A DNA stretch of 64,000 bases from Bacteriovoracaceae bacterium (lineage in GTDB: Bacteria; Bdellovibrionota; Bacteriovoracia; Bacteriovoracales; Bacteriovoracaceae): contig JBLWTJ010000001.1 of the NCBI GenBank assembly GCA_048270185.1, forward strand, positions 1,056,001 through 1,120,000. The letters are read 5' to 3'. Below the pieces are notes generated by a model. It was given only the letters and a program-made list of their open reading frames with translations. It had not been told where the DNA came from and searched no databases. Both the position numbers and the translations under genes were made by a program. Positions 9,213 through 19,458 of this stretch are shown here, one piece after another. The number at the start of each line of letters is the position of its first letter. Position 1 is the first letter of the stretch.

Positions 9213-9836
9213 TTAATTTTTTTTAGTTAGATCCAGCAGTTGCTTTGGAATCTCGTAATTTGTCAGCTTACTAACAACATAGAGTCTTCCTCCCTTTGTC
9301 ACAATTCGGAAGAAGTCATCACCAATTTCGGGATCGCGTAATTTTTTTCGAAGACGACTTAAGTTCACATCAATCGTCCCTTCGCTTGTTGAACCAAATA
9401 TTAATTCCGAAAGCTTAGACTTTTCACCATTTCCGGCCCTAAGAATAAAGCGAAATAATTCGATATCAGTAGAACTAACAAGGTGGAGTAATTTAAACAT
9501 CTCCATCTGATGGATACGTGACATTAGTACGCCGAGAAAGTCACTCTCTTCAAGGGATTTAAAAACAAAATTATTGCCCCCTAAGGCCAATAGACGATTG
9601 AGGTTTTTCTGTTTTAGCGAATCAACTAAGACAACGAACTTAACTCGAGTGTATTTAAGCTCCTCAATAAATTCATCAGATATTTCATCAAGTTCAAGAA
9701 TAAGTATTTGAGCTGGCCCAAGATCAAAAGGAAGCTCTTCTAAATACTCAAAGTTGGCACTGCAAAGGGATTCTATTGCCGACTCTCTAAAGATTTTCTT
9801 TTGATTAGCCGTGTAAGCCTTTAACTTTATTGACAT
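9213..9836 (-). CDS. Atypical response regulator: pseudo-receiver plus OmpR-like winged helix (paralog 2)
   Basis: EGTIDVNLSRLRKKL; colinear similarity to 8558..9154. Confidence 0.7.
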   Translation of the reverse strand: MSIKLKAYTANQKKIFRESAIESLCSANFEYLEELPFDLGPAQILILELDEISDEFIEELKYTRVKFVVLVDSLKQKNLNRLLALGGNNFVFKSLEESDFLGVLMSRIHQMEMFKLLHLVSSTDIELFRFILRAGNGEKSKLSELIFGSTSEGTIDVNLSRLRKKLRDPEIGDDFFRIVTKGGRLYVVSKLTNYEIPKQLLDLTKKN

Positions 9837-9940
9837 TGTCCACCTTACGTATTTGTAAGTAAATAATATTGCCTAAACATATTATCATCATGATGTACCA
9901 ATAACAATAGTTGGTAAACAAATAAAACTGGAGGTTATTT

Positions 9941-10324
9941 ATGAAGGAAAAGAGAGTGTTTGAGAGTATTGCAAAATTAATTCGAGTCAAGAGAAGATCT
10001 TTATCACCTAAGGTCTCTCAACAAGGATTGTCTTATAAGCTTGGTTACAAGAACGGACAATTCATTAGTAATATCGAAAGAGGTTTATGCTCTGTCCCAC
10101 TTCGCTCTCTAGGATCGATTTGTGAGGTATTAAATGTTTCAAAAGAAGAACTGAGAGAAACTCTTCTGAAAGACTATGCCGACACAATCGATAACTACTT
10201 TGCAGAGGCGCAAGCTCAGGAAGATCTTGCAGCAGCAAATAAAACACAACTAGAAGCGAGCGAACAAGAAGATGGCAGCAGACCAAAGGTGAATTTTGAG
10301 TTTGCAAGAAATCTTGTTTTCTAA
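9941..10324 (+). CDS. XRE-family HTH transcriptional regulator
   Basis: SQQGLSYKLGYKNGQFISNIERG HTH. Confidence 0.85.
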   Translation: MKEKRVFESIAKLIRVKRRSLSPKVSQQGLSYKLGYKNGQFISNIERGLCSVPLRSLGSICEVLNVSKEELRETLLKDYADTIDNYFAEAQAQEDLAAANKTQLEASEQEDGSRPKVNFEFARNLVF

Positions 10325-10348
10325 CCAGGAAACCAAGAGAAAATACCG

Positions 10349-10406
10349 CCTTAGGTGCTAACCAAAATCAAGCACTACGATCATATTAACCGGTTGGCAC
10401 CTAAGG
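10349..10406. repeat. 15-bp imperfect inverted repeat (stem-loop, REP-like)
   Basis: CCTTAGGTGCTAACC (10349-10363) and GGTTGGCACCTAAGG (10392-10406), one U-G wobble, 28-nt spacer. Confidence 0.7.
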
Positions 10407-10437
10407 AATCTTTTCAATAGACTTCGAATAAGGCATA

Positions 10438-12234
10438 ATGGCCAAGAACACAATCGAGGTCTCAATGAAAGCGATTAACGCATCTCCCCTACAAAAATTA
10501 ATCAATCATTTTAGAAATAAAAGATCACAAATTTATACAGCTTCATTCTTTTCAGTCTTAAATAAAGTATTTGATATTGCTCCACCACTACTTATTGGTT
10601 TAGCTGTTGATACTGTTGTTAAACAAGAAGAGTCATTTCTTGCAGGAATGGGAGTAGAGAGTAAGGTTGATCAAATCTACATTCTAGGTTTTCTTACTTT
10701 CCTTATTTGGGCCCTGGAATCACTCTTTGAGTATCTATTAAAAGTATGGTGGCGAGGACTTGCACAAGAAGTTCAACATGATCTTCGTATGGAAGCCTAC
10801 GATCATCTTCAAAATCTTCATATCTCTTTCTATCAGGAGCAAAACTCAGGAAATTTAGCAACTATCTTAAATGATGACGTTAACCAATTAGAGCGCTTCT
10901 TAGATGTCGGGGCCAATGATATTATCCAAACACTAACAACTGTTGTCTCAATTGGCGCAATCTTCTTCTATCTTTCACCGCAGATTGCTCTTCTATCACT
11001 AACACCTGTGCCATTTATTCTTTGGGGAAGTTTCTACTTTCAAAGAAAGGTACAACCTCGTTATCAGAAAGTTAGAGGTGAAGCAGGGCTTCTTGCTAGT
11101 ATGCTCGTTAATAATATTGCCGGAATGATGACGATCAAATCCTATGTTGCTCAGAAATTTGAGTACACTAGACTTGAAAAGCAATCAAACTCATATGCAG
11201 CGGCCAATAAAGAAGCGATTCGTGTCTCTTCTTCTTTTAGCCCGATTATTCGAATGGCAGTTCTTTGTGGTTTCCTCTTCACTCTCATTATTGGTGGAAT
11301 CGATGTTCTCGATGGAAAACTTGCAGTAGGTTCATACTCAGTTCTTATCTTCTTAGTTCAAAGACTCCTGTGGCCTCTAACTCGCCTTGGAGAAACTTTT
11401 GATCTCTACCAACGCTCAATGGCCTCAACAGCTCGAGTTATGGACCTCCTTGAAACTCAGGTAAAGGTAACTGATGGGGATAAAGACTTAACTGAATTTG
11501 AAGGTGAAGTTGAATTCGAAAATATCAACTTCAAATACGATGAAAATGACAACACTGGACTTAAGGAAATCAATTTAAAAATTAAGGCCGGAGAAACAGT
11601 TGCTCTTGTAGGGCCAACGGGCTCGGGAAAGAGTACCATGCTGAAACTTCTTCAGCGCTTCTACGATCCACAAGTCGGTCAAGTGACTTTTGATGGAATT
11701 GATACAAGAAGCCTAAAGCAAAATTCTCTTCGCTCACATATTGGTTTTGTTTCACAAGAAACTTACCTCTTTCACGGAACGGTACTCGAAAATATTATTT
11801 ACGGTTCAAATGGGGCAACAGAAATTGATGCTATGAAAGCGGCCAAGTTAGCAGAGGCCCATGCCTTTATTGAACTTCTCCCTCAAGGTTACAACACAAT
11901 TGTTGGAGAACGTGGTCAAAAGCTTTCAGGAGGTCAGAGACAGCGTATAGCCATCGCTCGTGCAATTCTTAAAGATCCAAAACTTTTCATCTTTGATGAG
12001 GCCACTAGTGCCATCGACAATGAAACAGAAGCGGCCATTCAACGCTCTCTTAAGACAATTACTCAAGGGCGCACAACAGTTATGGTTGCTCACAGGCTAT
12101 CCACTATTATTCATGCAGATCAAATCTGTGTGTTAAATGAAGGAAAGATTGAACAACGAGGGACTCATCAAGAGTTAATTGCTCAAGAAGGACTTTATCG
12201 AGCGCTTTGGAATGTTCAAACAGGGATGGCCTAG
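10438..12234 (+). CDS. ABC exporter, fused permease/ATP-binding (MsbA-like family)
   Basis: N-terminal TM domain; GPTGSGKS, LSGGQRQR, DEATSA, AHRLST. Confidence 0.93.
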   Translation: MAKNTIEVSMKAINASPLQKLINHFRNKRSQIYTASFFSVLNKVFDIAPPLLIGLAVDTVVKQEESFLAGMGVESKVDQIYILGFLTFLIWALESLFEYLLKVWWRGLAQEVQHDLRMEAYDHLQNLHISFYQEQNSGNLATILNDDVNQLERFLDVGANDIIQTLTTVVSIGAIFFYLSPQIALLSLTPVPFILWGSFYFQRKVQPRYQKVRGEAGLLASMLVNNIAGMMTIKSYVAQKFEYTRLEKQSNSYAAANKEAIRVSSSFSPIIRMAVLCGFLFTLIIGGIDVLDGKLAVGSYSVLIFLVQRLLWPLTRLGETFDLYQRSMASTARVMDLLETQVKVTDGDKDLTEFEGEVEFENINFKYDENDNTGLKEINLKIKAGETVALVGPTGSGKSTMLKLLQRFYDPQVGQVTFDGIDTRSLKQNSLRSHIGFVSQETYLFHGTVLENIIYGSNGATEIDAMKAAKLAEAHAFIELLPQGYNTIVGERGQKLSGGQRQRIAIARAILKDPKLFIFDEATSAIDNETEAAIQRSLKTITQGRTTVMVAHRLSTIIHADQICVLNEGKIEQRGTHQELIAQEGLYRALWNVQTGMA

Positions 12235-12246
12235 GTTATCGAAAGA

Positions 12247-13599
12247 CTAGAACATAAATTTAAGTGAAGTATAAACGGTGTCGTTAGCACGATAAGCTGA
12301 CCAATAAGAGATATCTTTTGGAGACTTAATAAGCTCGGCACCAATATTAATCGCTGCCTGACCTCGCCAAAATCCATAATTTGCTTCAGCTTTTAAAATA
12401 ACGTCTCTTCTTTCAATATCGTATTTAATATCCCCTACAATATTGAAATTATCATAGAAGTAATAACGAGCTCGAGTTCCAAAAGTATTCTTCCACTTTG
12501 CAGTATCAGAGAAGAAGTCATCTGATTCTCTTTCATAATCAGTCACAAGATTGATGTAGTTAAAAGAGATCATATAGTAGCCTTGATTCACGTTAAGTGA
12601 GATCGTGGCGTAACTTTCTTTTTCGTAGTTTGGTTCAATCGTAAAATAGTCCGATTCAAACTTCTTATTCTCTTCACGGCTAAAATCAACAACTTTAAAA
12701 TCATTTCCAAAAGTAGCCGTTGGATCACTTACATCTAAACTTGCAACTAATTGAACATCTCCAAGACTTTGCTTGTATTGAATACCGTAATAAAGGTGGT
12801 GGTTTACAATTGGTGAAGCCTCAACTGCAACACGATCATTATCAGGATCAAGTCTTGCATCGGCATTCATCTGAAGGTTATTTTGTGGTTTATAAAGGAA
12901 GAAGGCCGAAATTTCAGCATCCTTAGCTTCATTTGATCCAGAGAATCTAAATCCCAGAGACTTATTCTTAACAACATCCTTATAGATATCTGGCATATTG
13001 ATACTGTAATAAAGAGGAAGTGTATTTCCTTCAAGGACTGTATATGTAGGAGGACGTCTAATCCACTCACTCTTACTGACAATTTGGCCATCTTCAACCG
13101 CAATACCTGGATTCATTGAAGGTATATAGAAGTATGAGAAGAAAACCGACACATTAAAGTAGCGATTAAATTTACGATCGTATTGAATTCCGACTAGTCC
13201 TTCTTTCTTTTCAGATAAAAGGTAGAAGCCTTGGTTTGGGTTTAGAGTACCTAGTAACCAGTAATTTTCATTCTCATTCCAATTAAGAAGCTGGCGTCCA
13301 ACACTAATACGGTTTAGCTCGTCTTGAAATTCAATATAGGCCTCAGGCACAGAGAAGTTTGCTGCAGCCTCTTTTGTTACGTAAGCGCGGGCCGCAAATT
13401 CACCATAAGTCTTTCCATTCCAAAGACGGCTCTCCCCTGTCATCTCAATTTGGGCCCAGTCGTCATACTCAGACTTCTTAGCTGGGTTATTAAGACGCTG
13501 GAACTTCTCATACGAGACAGAACCATCCAGTCCGGCCAATGCACTTAGGCCAGAAAGAGACAAGCTCGCTAATGTCAGAAATTTGATGAATTTATTCAT
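12247..13599 (-). CDS. Putative outer-membrane beta-barrel protein
   Basis: Signal peptide, alternating aromatic beta-strands, EAY...SVGRQ..W pattern, C-terminal Phe (SLKFMF). Confidence 0.65.
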   Translation of the reverse strand: MNKFIKFLTLASLSLSGLSALAGLDGSVSYEKFQRLNNPAKKSEYDDWAQIEMTGESRLWNGKTYGEFAARAYVTKEAAANFSVPEAYIEFQDELNRISVGRQLLNWNENENYWLLGTLNPNQGFYLLSEKKEGLVGIQYDRKFNRYFNVSVFFSYFYIPSMNPGIAVEDGQIVSKSEWIRRPPTYTVLEGNTLPLYYSINMPDIYKDVVKNKSLGFRFSGSNEAKDAEISAFFLYKPQNNLQMNADARLDPDNDRVAVEASPIVNHHLYYGIQYKQSLGDVQLVASLDVSDPTATFGNDFKVVDFSREENKKFESDYFTIEPNYEKESYATISLNVNQGYYMISFNYINLVTDYERESDDFFSDTAKWKNTFGTRARYYFYDNFNIVGDIKYDIERRDVILKAEANYGFWRGQAAINIGAELIKSPKDISYWSAYRANDTVYTSLKFMF

Positions 13600-13703
13600 T
13601 AAATAATATTAAATCAGAAAAAGATCGCAATTAGAAGCGTTTCAATCAGATATAGTATTGATTACAGCCAGGTGTTAACACAATATACAGTATAATGTTA
13701 AGA

Positions 13704-13726
13704 ATTGTGTCTATTTTTGACGCAAT
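13704..13726. promoter_or_regulatory. Palindromic operator candidate in divergent promoter
   Basis: ATTGTGTC-N7-GACGCAAT, 7/8 inverted match. Confidence 0.4.
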
Positions 13727-13795
13727 CCGTAAAAACATTTCAAAATATACGGTTATTTCTTTTCATTTAACTAGAAATTTTCTAGACTTCTACTA

Positions 13796-16700
13796 ATGAA
13801 AATTATGAACACGTTACACAAACTATTGAAATTACGTCAATTTGTTGCCGTTACGGCGACATTTCTACTACTTACGTCATGTGGCTTCATTGATGACGAT
13901 CCAGTGGAAAATGGTGACGTAGCTCAGTACGATGGAATCTCTGCTAGTTGTAAAATCGACGTTGATCGTATCAAGAAGTTATTCGAAGTTGATATCTCTA
14001 AAGACCTTAACTGTCTTGAAGATACCCTAAATAAATTTAAATACGTTGAGTCTCGTGACAAGGTTAATTTCTACCGTGAAGATATCGTGCGCTTCGTTCG
14101 AAAGTATATGGATAACCCAGCGGGTTCTGCCGATGATCTGATCGAGGGTCTTGATCTTCTCTTTAAGTTAAACACTCTTCTTCAAAGAGATGCTCCAGGG
14201 CAAATGTCTCGCCTAAAAATTGGATCTTTCTTTGATATCTTAAAAGAGTTCAATCGTTCAGCAATTGTTATTGTTGATTCTGTTAAGAAGCTACAAGATG
14301 CTAAGGATCATGAGGAGTATAACAAGTACTCAAAAGAGCTACGTGGTCACTCTGAATCATTTGCAAATAATATCAATGCAATTCTACAAACAATTCCAGG
14401 TCCGGCCCAGGCAATTGATATTCAAGATCTTATTCTTGATATTACAAAAGATCTAAAAGATTTCGAACTTGGAAAAGAGTTATTAAACTCACTTCTCTTT
14501 GCTAAGAAATTATTCCTAGGTGGATCACGTATCTATATTGACTCAGATGAATTTGCACAGCTTTTTACTTTCCTACCTGTTTTCTTACAAAACACAATGG
14601 ATATCTTCTTTTTGAAGAAGGAGTATTATGAAGACGGTTCTGAATACTTTAATAAGCTTGCCAATAACCTTGAAGAATTAAAGCTCTATGTTTACGAGCA
14701 CCAAAAAGAAGAAAATATCATCACGATTAGAGATATCAATAATATCATTGATGAGTTCTTCAACGATAATGATGACGATATTATCACTACGATCCTCGGA
14801 ACTAAGAAGGAAACTAATCAAAAACTTAAGTCCCTCATTCAATATGCAAAGAGAGACCTCATCCGTGGTAATCCAGAAATCTTCTCTTACGCTGAAGTTG
14901 AGCTGGCCCTTGGTGTTATCAATGTGGGGATTCGTTCATTTGAGTCTGTAAATATCCTGACAGATCTTGTTGAAGATATTGAGAACAAAGACTTCAATAG
15001 AAAAGTTGAAATCAAGAAAGAATTTAGAACAGAAGTTGTGAAACTTAGCAATAACGCCCGCAAGCTTCTTGACGAAGATATCTCTATACCTCGTAACCAC
15101 GAAATGGATATCCTAAGGTTTGCAACAGATACAATTAAGCTATATGAACTCGATATTGCAGACGATGCAGTGAAGTCATTTCTTGCTCTAAAAGTAATTA
15201 CAACAGGTGGAACGCGAGAAACACTTGCCTACCCAGAGCTTATTACAATCCTAACAAAAGTTGACCCTCTAGCGGCCTTATTCTTTGACCTTCAGTACTT
15301 AGCGTCTGATTACTTAGATAAGACTTCACTAGAAAAGAATAACTTTTTCCTAGCTCAGATTCGTTCCGTTCAGGATGTCATTCTCGATGAGCTTGATAAT
15401 GACAAGGTTATAACGATTACTGATATCGATAAGATCATTGAACAATTCTATGGTAAGGAAAAAGACAAAGAGAAAGGAATTGCCCTTAAGAATTTAGTTC
15501 TAAATTATAAAGATAATATCTTACGACTTGAATCTGGAGTTGATTACCTATCATTCGATCAGCTAAAGACGACTGTTAACGTACTTGCTGTCGTATATCG
15601 TTATATGGCCTTCATTGATGTGCATATTGAAAATATGGATATCTTTAATGGAAAAACTCCGGAAGAAGATAATTTAAGAAAAGTTATTGAACGTAAGGAT
15701 TATATTGCCAAATTTCTATCAATCAAAAATGAATTGGCAAATTACCTTATTGACCCGAACTTTATTAAAGCCGATGGTCAGATTAAAGATTTTCTAGTTC
15801 GTATGAAAGAGTCAGATAAGCTCTTTACAAAAGGTTTCAATTGGAAACTTTACTCAAAGGCCACTTCTTTAAAGGGTATGCTACTAGGTGGAAGTAACCA
15901 AATCGTAAATCGCGATAACCTTTACTATCTTGCTGAAAAATCAGAGTCACTAGCAGAAATTCTCTATGATGCCTTCTTTACGAAGTTTGATGATGAAGAA
16001 AGATCGGTTCAAAATACGGCCACTCTTTTAAAACTATTTAGAAAAGTCAGAAAGACCATTTACCCAGTCTCAGAGAGAACGGATTACTTTACAGTTAAAG
16101 AAATCTTAGAATTTGGTGACCAAGTAATAGTCGAGGCCAACAAGAGTGCAGATGAGCCTAAAGATGAAGCTGATCTTTTAAAGCTTTCAAACTTTAAGAG
16201 AACGATTATTGACTTCACTCAAAGAATCTTTGAACCGATTCCAAGAAGTGAGTTAATGTACCCGATTCCATGTAAGAAGAACCCTGCATACGACAAGAAG
16301 AAGCAAGGTAGTTCGAAGTGGATTTGTTCTGAAACAGATCCACCAGATGCACAGAATTTTGACCTTATGTTATCAAGTGTAGCAATTAATACACTTTTTA
16401 ATATGCTAGAAGGTGCAATTGAAACTCTTCTTTTCTCAGATGCTTCTTATAATTTCTTCGAAAATAAGATGCAATCACCAAACCCGGTGCATATTGATCC
16501 AAGAGAGTATCCAACAAATGATCAAGTGCCTGAGTATGAGCTTATTAGAAAGAAGTCTTATGTTGTACTAATTGAAGAGTTCTCAAGAGTTGCACTTAAG
16601 TATCGTTACTTTAGAAATAAAGAAGGTTACCCAACTTATCAAGCGCAGATCGTAAGAAATAAGACAGGGTTTAACTCAATCATGCTCTTTAGAAGTGTTC

Positions 16701-17770
16701 TACCTTACGTACTACAAGGTTACGGTGTTGAAGGAGACACTACAAATCCAAGACTATCTCCAGGTCTAGCGGATAACCAACTTAATAATGCACTTGTTGG
16801 TCTAAAAGCTGTTCTTGAAGAACTGGGACTTTGGACAGAAGACTTTAAGACATTTGGAGAAAATATTCTTCTTCTATCAGACCTTTTCCAAGCGACATCA
16901 GGAGGAGACCTACTGATTAATATTGATGAAGTTACTGAGTTCCTAGAGCTCATTATGACGGCTTCAAAGATTACTAATCTAATGGAAGAAAATATTAGAC
17001 TTGAGAATCAGTGTAATTTTAAAACAGACGAAGAAGGATTCCGTGTCATGGAATCAACTTGTGTCCGTGGAAAATTCTTTGATAAGTTACTGCGTGAAGA
17101 TGAACTTAACCTTTCAAAGTACTTCCCACGTCTTAAGGCCTACGTTAATAGCCAAAGCCCAAAAGATGCAACGAAGTTCCTAAAAGGTGTTGAGATCTTC
17201 TCTCGTAGTGTTGAAGATGTTGATCGTATCTGGTGGAGAAAGAAAGACTTCACTCTTGTTCTAGGTGCGATGTTAAATATTGAATCGACATTTATTCGAT
17301 TCGATACAAATGAAGATAATGTATTAGACCGTAAAGAACTTGATCGTGGTTATAAGGAAGCTTATAAGAAGGCCATTATCAGTATTGCGGGACTAGAAGG
17401 TAAATTAGAATCTTTTGGGCGTACAGCGTTCTTCTACCTATTGAAGTACCATAAAGAGCCAGGCGTCGTAAGTGTTGCTTGGGCACATATTTGGTTTAAA
17501 AAATACTTTAATAAATTCAAGGCCAAGCGTCTTGATATTAGTGAGCTTCTTACATTCTTAGTTGAAATGAGAAAGCCAGAAGATGCCTCTTTAATGTTTA
17601 AAGAAGAATTGGCGGCTTGTGCTCTTGGTAGAACAGATGTTGATGAAAGTGAACTCAAGACTTTATTCGATGGGATGTCGATCGAATTAATTCAAGAGCA
17701 AATTCAGAAATGTCACGATGACTACGTTCAAAACAACGGAAGCGAAACATTTTATGGAAATATTCATTAA
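13796..17770 (+). CDS. Large helical-repeat lipoprotein with EF-hand-like motif
   Basis: Lipobox LLTS-C; about 228-aa internal repeats; DTNEDNVLDRKEL loop. Confidence 0.7.
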   Translation: MKIMNTLHKLLKLRQFVAVTATFLLLTSCGFIDDDPVENGDVAQYDGISASCKIDVDRIKKLFEVDISKDLNCLEDTLNKFKYVESRDKVNFYREDIVRFVRKYMDNPAGSADDLIEGLDLLFKLNTLLQRDAPGQMSRLKIGSFFDILKEFNRSAIVIVDSVKKLQDAKDHEEYNKYSKELRGHSESFANNINAILQTIPGPAQAIDIQDLILDITKDLKDFELGKELLNSLLFAKKLFLGGSRIYIDSDEFAQLFTFLPVFLQNTMDIFFLKKEYYEDGSEYFNKLANNLEELKLYVYEHQKEENIITIRDINNIIDEFFNDNDDDIITTILGTKKETNQKLKSLIQYAKRDLIRGNPEIFSYAEVELALGVINVGIRSFESVNILTDLVEDIENKDFNRKVEIKKEFRTEVVKLSNNARKLLDEDISIPRNHEMDILRFATDTIKLYELDIADDAVKSFLALKVITTGGTRETLAYPELITILTKVDPLAALFFDLQYLASDYLDKTSLEKNNFFLAQIRSVQDVILDELDNDKVITITDIDKIIEQFYGKEKDKEKGIALKNLVLNYKDNILRLESGVDYLSFDQLKTTVNVLAVVYRYMAFIDVHIENMDIFNGKTPEEDNLRKVIERKDYIAKFLSIKNELANYLIDPNFIKADGQIKDFLVRMKESDKLFTKGFNWKLYSKATSLKGMLLGGSNQIVNRDNLYYLAEKSESLAEILYDAFFTKFDDEERSVQNTATLLKLFRKVRKTIYPVSERTDYFTVKEILEFGDQVIVEANKSADEPKDEADLLKLSNFKRTIIDFTQRIFEPIPRSELMYPIPCKKNPAYDKKKQGSSKWICSETDPPDAQNFDLMLSSVAINTLFNMLEGAIETLLFSDASYNFFENKMQSPNPVHIDPREYPTNDQVPEYELIRKKSYVVLIEEFSRVALKYRYFRNKEGYPTYQAQIVRNKTGFNSIMLFRSVLPYVLQGYGVEGDTTNPRLSPGLADNQLNNALVGLKAVLEELGLWTEDFKTFGENILLLSDLFQATSGGDLLINIDEVTEFLELIMTASKITNLMEENIRLENQCNFKTDEEGFRVMESTCVRGKFFDKLLREDELNLSKYFPRLKAYVNSQSPKDATKFLKGVEIFSRSVEDVDRIWWRKKDFTLVLGAMLNIESTFIRFDTNEDNVLDRKELDRGYKEAYKKAIISIAGLEGKLESFGRTAFFYLLKYHKEPGVVSVAWAHIWFKKYFNKFKAKRLDISELLTFLVEMRKPEDASLMFKEELAACALGRTDVDESELKTLFDGMSIELIQEQIQKCHDDYVQNNGSETFYGNIH

Positions 17771-18263
17771 TCAAACTGTTGCCATCTTAATTGATGGTAA
17801 CAATATCGAAAGAAGTATTCACAGCATAACAAATAACCAAAATACGATGGTTAATTTTGATACGCTTATTCCAAAGCTCTTAGATAACCGAGGACTTAAT
17901 CGCCTCATCTATTTTAGAGAAGGAAAGAATATCTCTTCTAAACTTACGGAAAGACTTCACAATCATTATTATGGTTCAGTTATTCCATGTCACAAGAGTG
18001 CTGATATTCCTTTAACGATTAAGGCCACTCAACTTGCATCGAAAGTAGATACAATTATTATACTTTCAGGTGATTCAGACTATATTGAATTAGTTCGTCA
18101 CTTACGTGCAGAGGGTGTTCGTGTTGAGATTGCCTCGATTCCAGAGACAACTTCAAACCTCTTAGTTGAAGAATCTGATTACTATCATGAAATTGATGAA
18201 AGTGATTGGTTTGCACTTCCTGGGCAAGGGCGTCCTAAGAAATTTAATAAGCGTAGAAACTAA
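17754..18263 (+). CDS. NYN domain (PIN-like) protein
   Basis: IDGNN, KSADI, LSGDSDY..LV..LR..GVRVE; start uncertain (17718 or 17754). Confidence 0.88.
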   Translation: MEIFINQTVAILIDGNNIERSIHSITNNQNTMVNFDTLIPKLLDNRGLNRLIYFREGKNISSKLTERLHNHYYGSVIPCHKSADIPLTIKATQLASKVDTIIILSGDSDYIELVRHLRAEGVRVEIASIPETTSNLLVEESDYYHEIDESDWFALPGQGRPKKFNKRRN

Positions 18264-18790
18264 CGACTAAGTAAGTAGCGACTAATGCTGACTTCTGATA
18301 AGGAATGATCCATTTCTTTCAGGACTTCTTTTATCTCGTTTAAAGGTCTAACGACGACTTCGATATCTTCATCAGGGTCAAAATTTTGTTTTCCTTCTGG
18401 GACACAATTTTTGGCCAAGAAGACATGGCATTGGTTCGACATAAATGCGGGATTAACACTAACGCTACCAAGACTCTCCCACTCATCGCTGATATAGCCA
18501 GTCTCTTCCTCTAACTCGCGTTTAGCGGCGCAAAAAGGGTCCTCTCCGCGCTCGACTGCACCAGCTGCAGTCTCTAACGTTATAACATCACGGCCAAAGC
18601 GATATTGCTTTACAAGGACAATTTCATCATTTGGAGTGACGGCCACGATATTGACCCAATCCGCAAGACGGATGATATCATAAGGGCCACAAGCGATCGG
18701 CTTCGTTGGATGTTCGGCCTCAATGGTTTCATAAAGAAAGATATTTCCGCGGTAGACGTTTTTTCGATCTTTAATTATCCATTTCTCCAT
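18260..18790 (-). CDS. NUDIX hydrolase (ADP-ribose pyrophosphatase-like)
   Basis: AG.VERGE....AAKRELEEETG Nudix box; QYR. Confidence 0.9.
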   Translation of the reverse strand: MEKWIIKDRKNVYRGNIFLYETIEAEHPTKPIACGPYDIIRLADWVNIVAVTPNDEIVLVKQYRFGRDVITLETAAGAVERGEDPFCAAKRELEEETGYISDEWESLGSVSVNPAFMSNQCHVFLAKNCVPEGKQNFDPDEDIEVVVRPLNEIKEVLKEMDHSLSEVSISRYLLSR

Positions 18791-19458
18791 TAAAACTCCA
18801 TTAGCATTGCTGCATCATTTTGCTTTGTGCCTTCTAGGATTTTTTCATTTGTTCGATCTCTTAACTCAAGATACTTAATAAAGTTTTCCTTACCAATTTT
18901 CTTTAAAAGTAGATCATCATATTTTTGTTGGATTTCGCGATCAAAGCGCATTTCTTCTTCAGTTGGATTATAAGTATAATTCTCACCATACTTCTTCTCT
19001 AGCTCTTTATGCATATCCTCGAAGGCAGCGATTTTGTCGTTGAAGAGGCCTTCACGCATATTCATATAGTCTTGAAACTGAGCCTGTGTTAATTGCATTT
19101 CATTAATGAAGAGGTTTTTAACATTCTCAAGCCACTCATCTTCGAGGCGATCAAACTCTTCTTCTTTTTCTTCAAGACGTCTTTCGAGTTCTTCATCAGA
19201 AGTGATTTCTAAACGAATCTCTTCCTCATCATCAACTTCTCTTTGTGAAGCCTTACTCTCCTCCTCGGCCTGAGAATCTTGCTCTTTCTTTTGGTCATTT
19301 ACTTTTACAGCAGGATTGTCTTCAAACTCAACAACTTGAACTTGATCTTTTGAAGCCTCTTCAATAACGCTATTTTCTGATGGCCAAAATATAAAAGCTG
19401 CAATACCAAGGATGATTACAGATAAACTAATTAAAATTTTCTTCATAAAAGTACTCAA
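18790..19458 (-). CDS. Membrane-anchored acidic coiled-coil hypothetical protein
   Basis: N-terminal TM helix followed by E/D-rich helical region. Confidence 0.6.
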   Translation of the reverse strand: MSTFMKKILISLSVIILGIAAFIFWPSENSVIEEASKDQVQVVEFEDNPAVKVNDQKKEQDSQAEEESKASQREVDDEEEIRLEITSDEELERRLEEKEEEFDRLEDEWLENVKNLFINEMQLTQAQFQDYMNMREGLFNDKIAAFEDMHKELEKKYGENYTYNPTEEEMRFDREIQQKYDDLLLKKIGKENFIKYLELRDRTNEKILEGTKQNDAAMLMEF

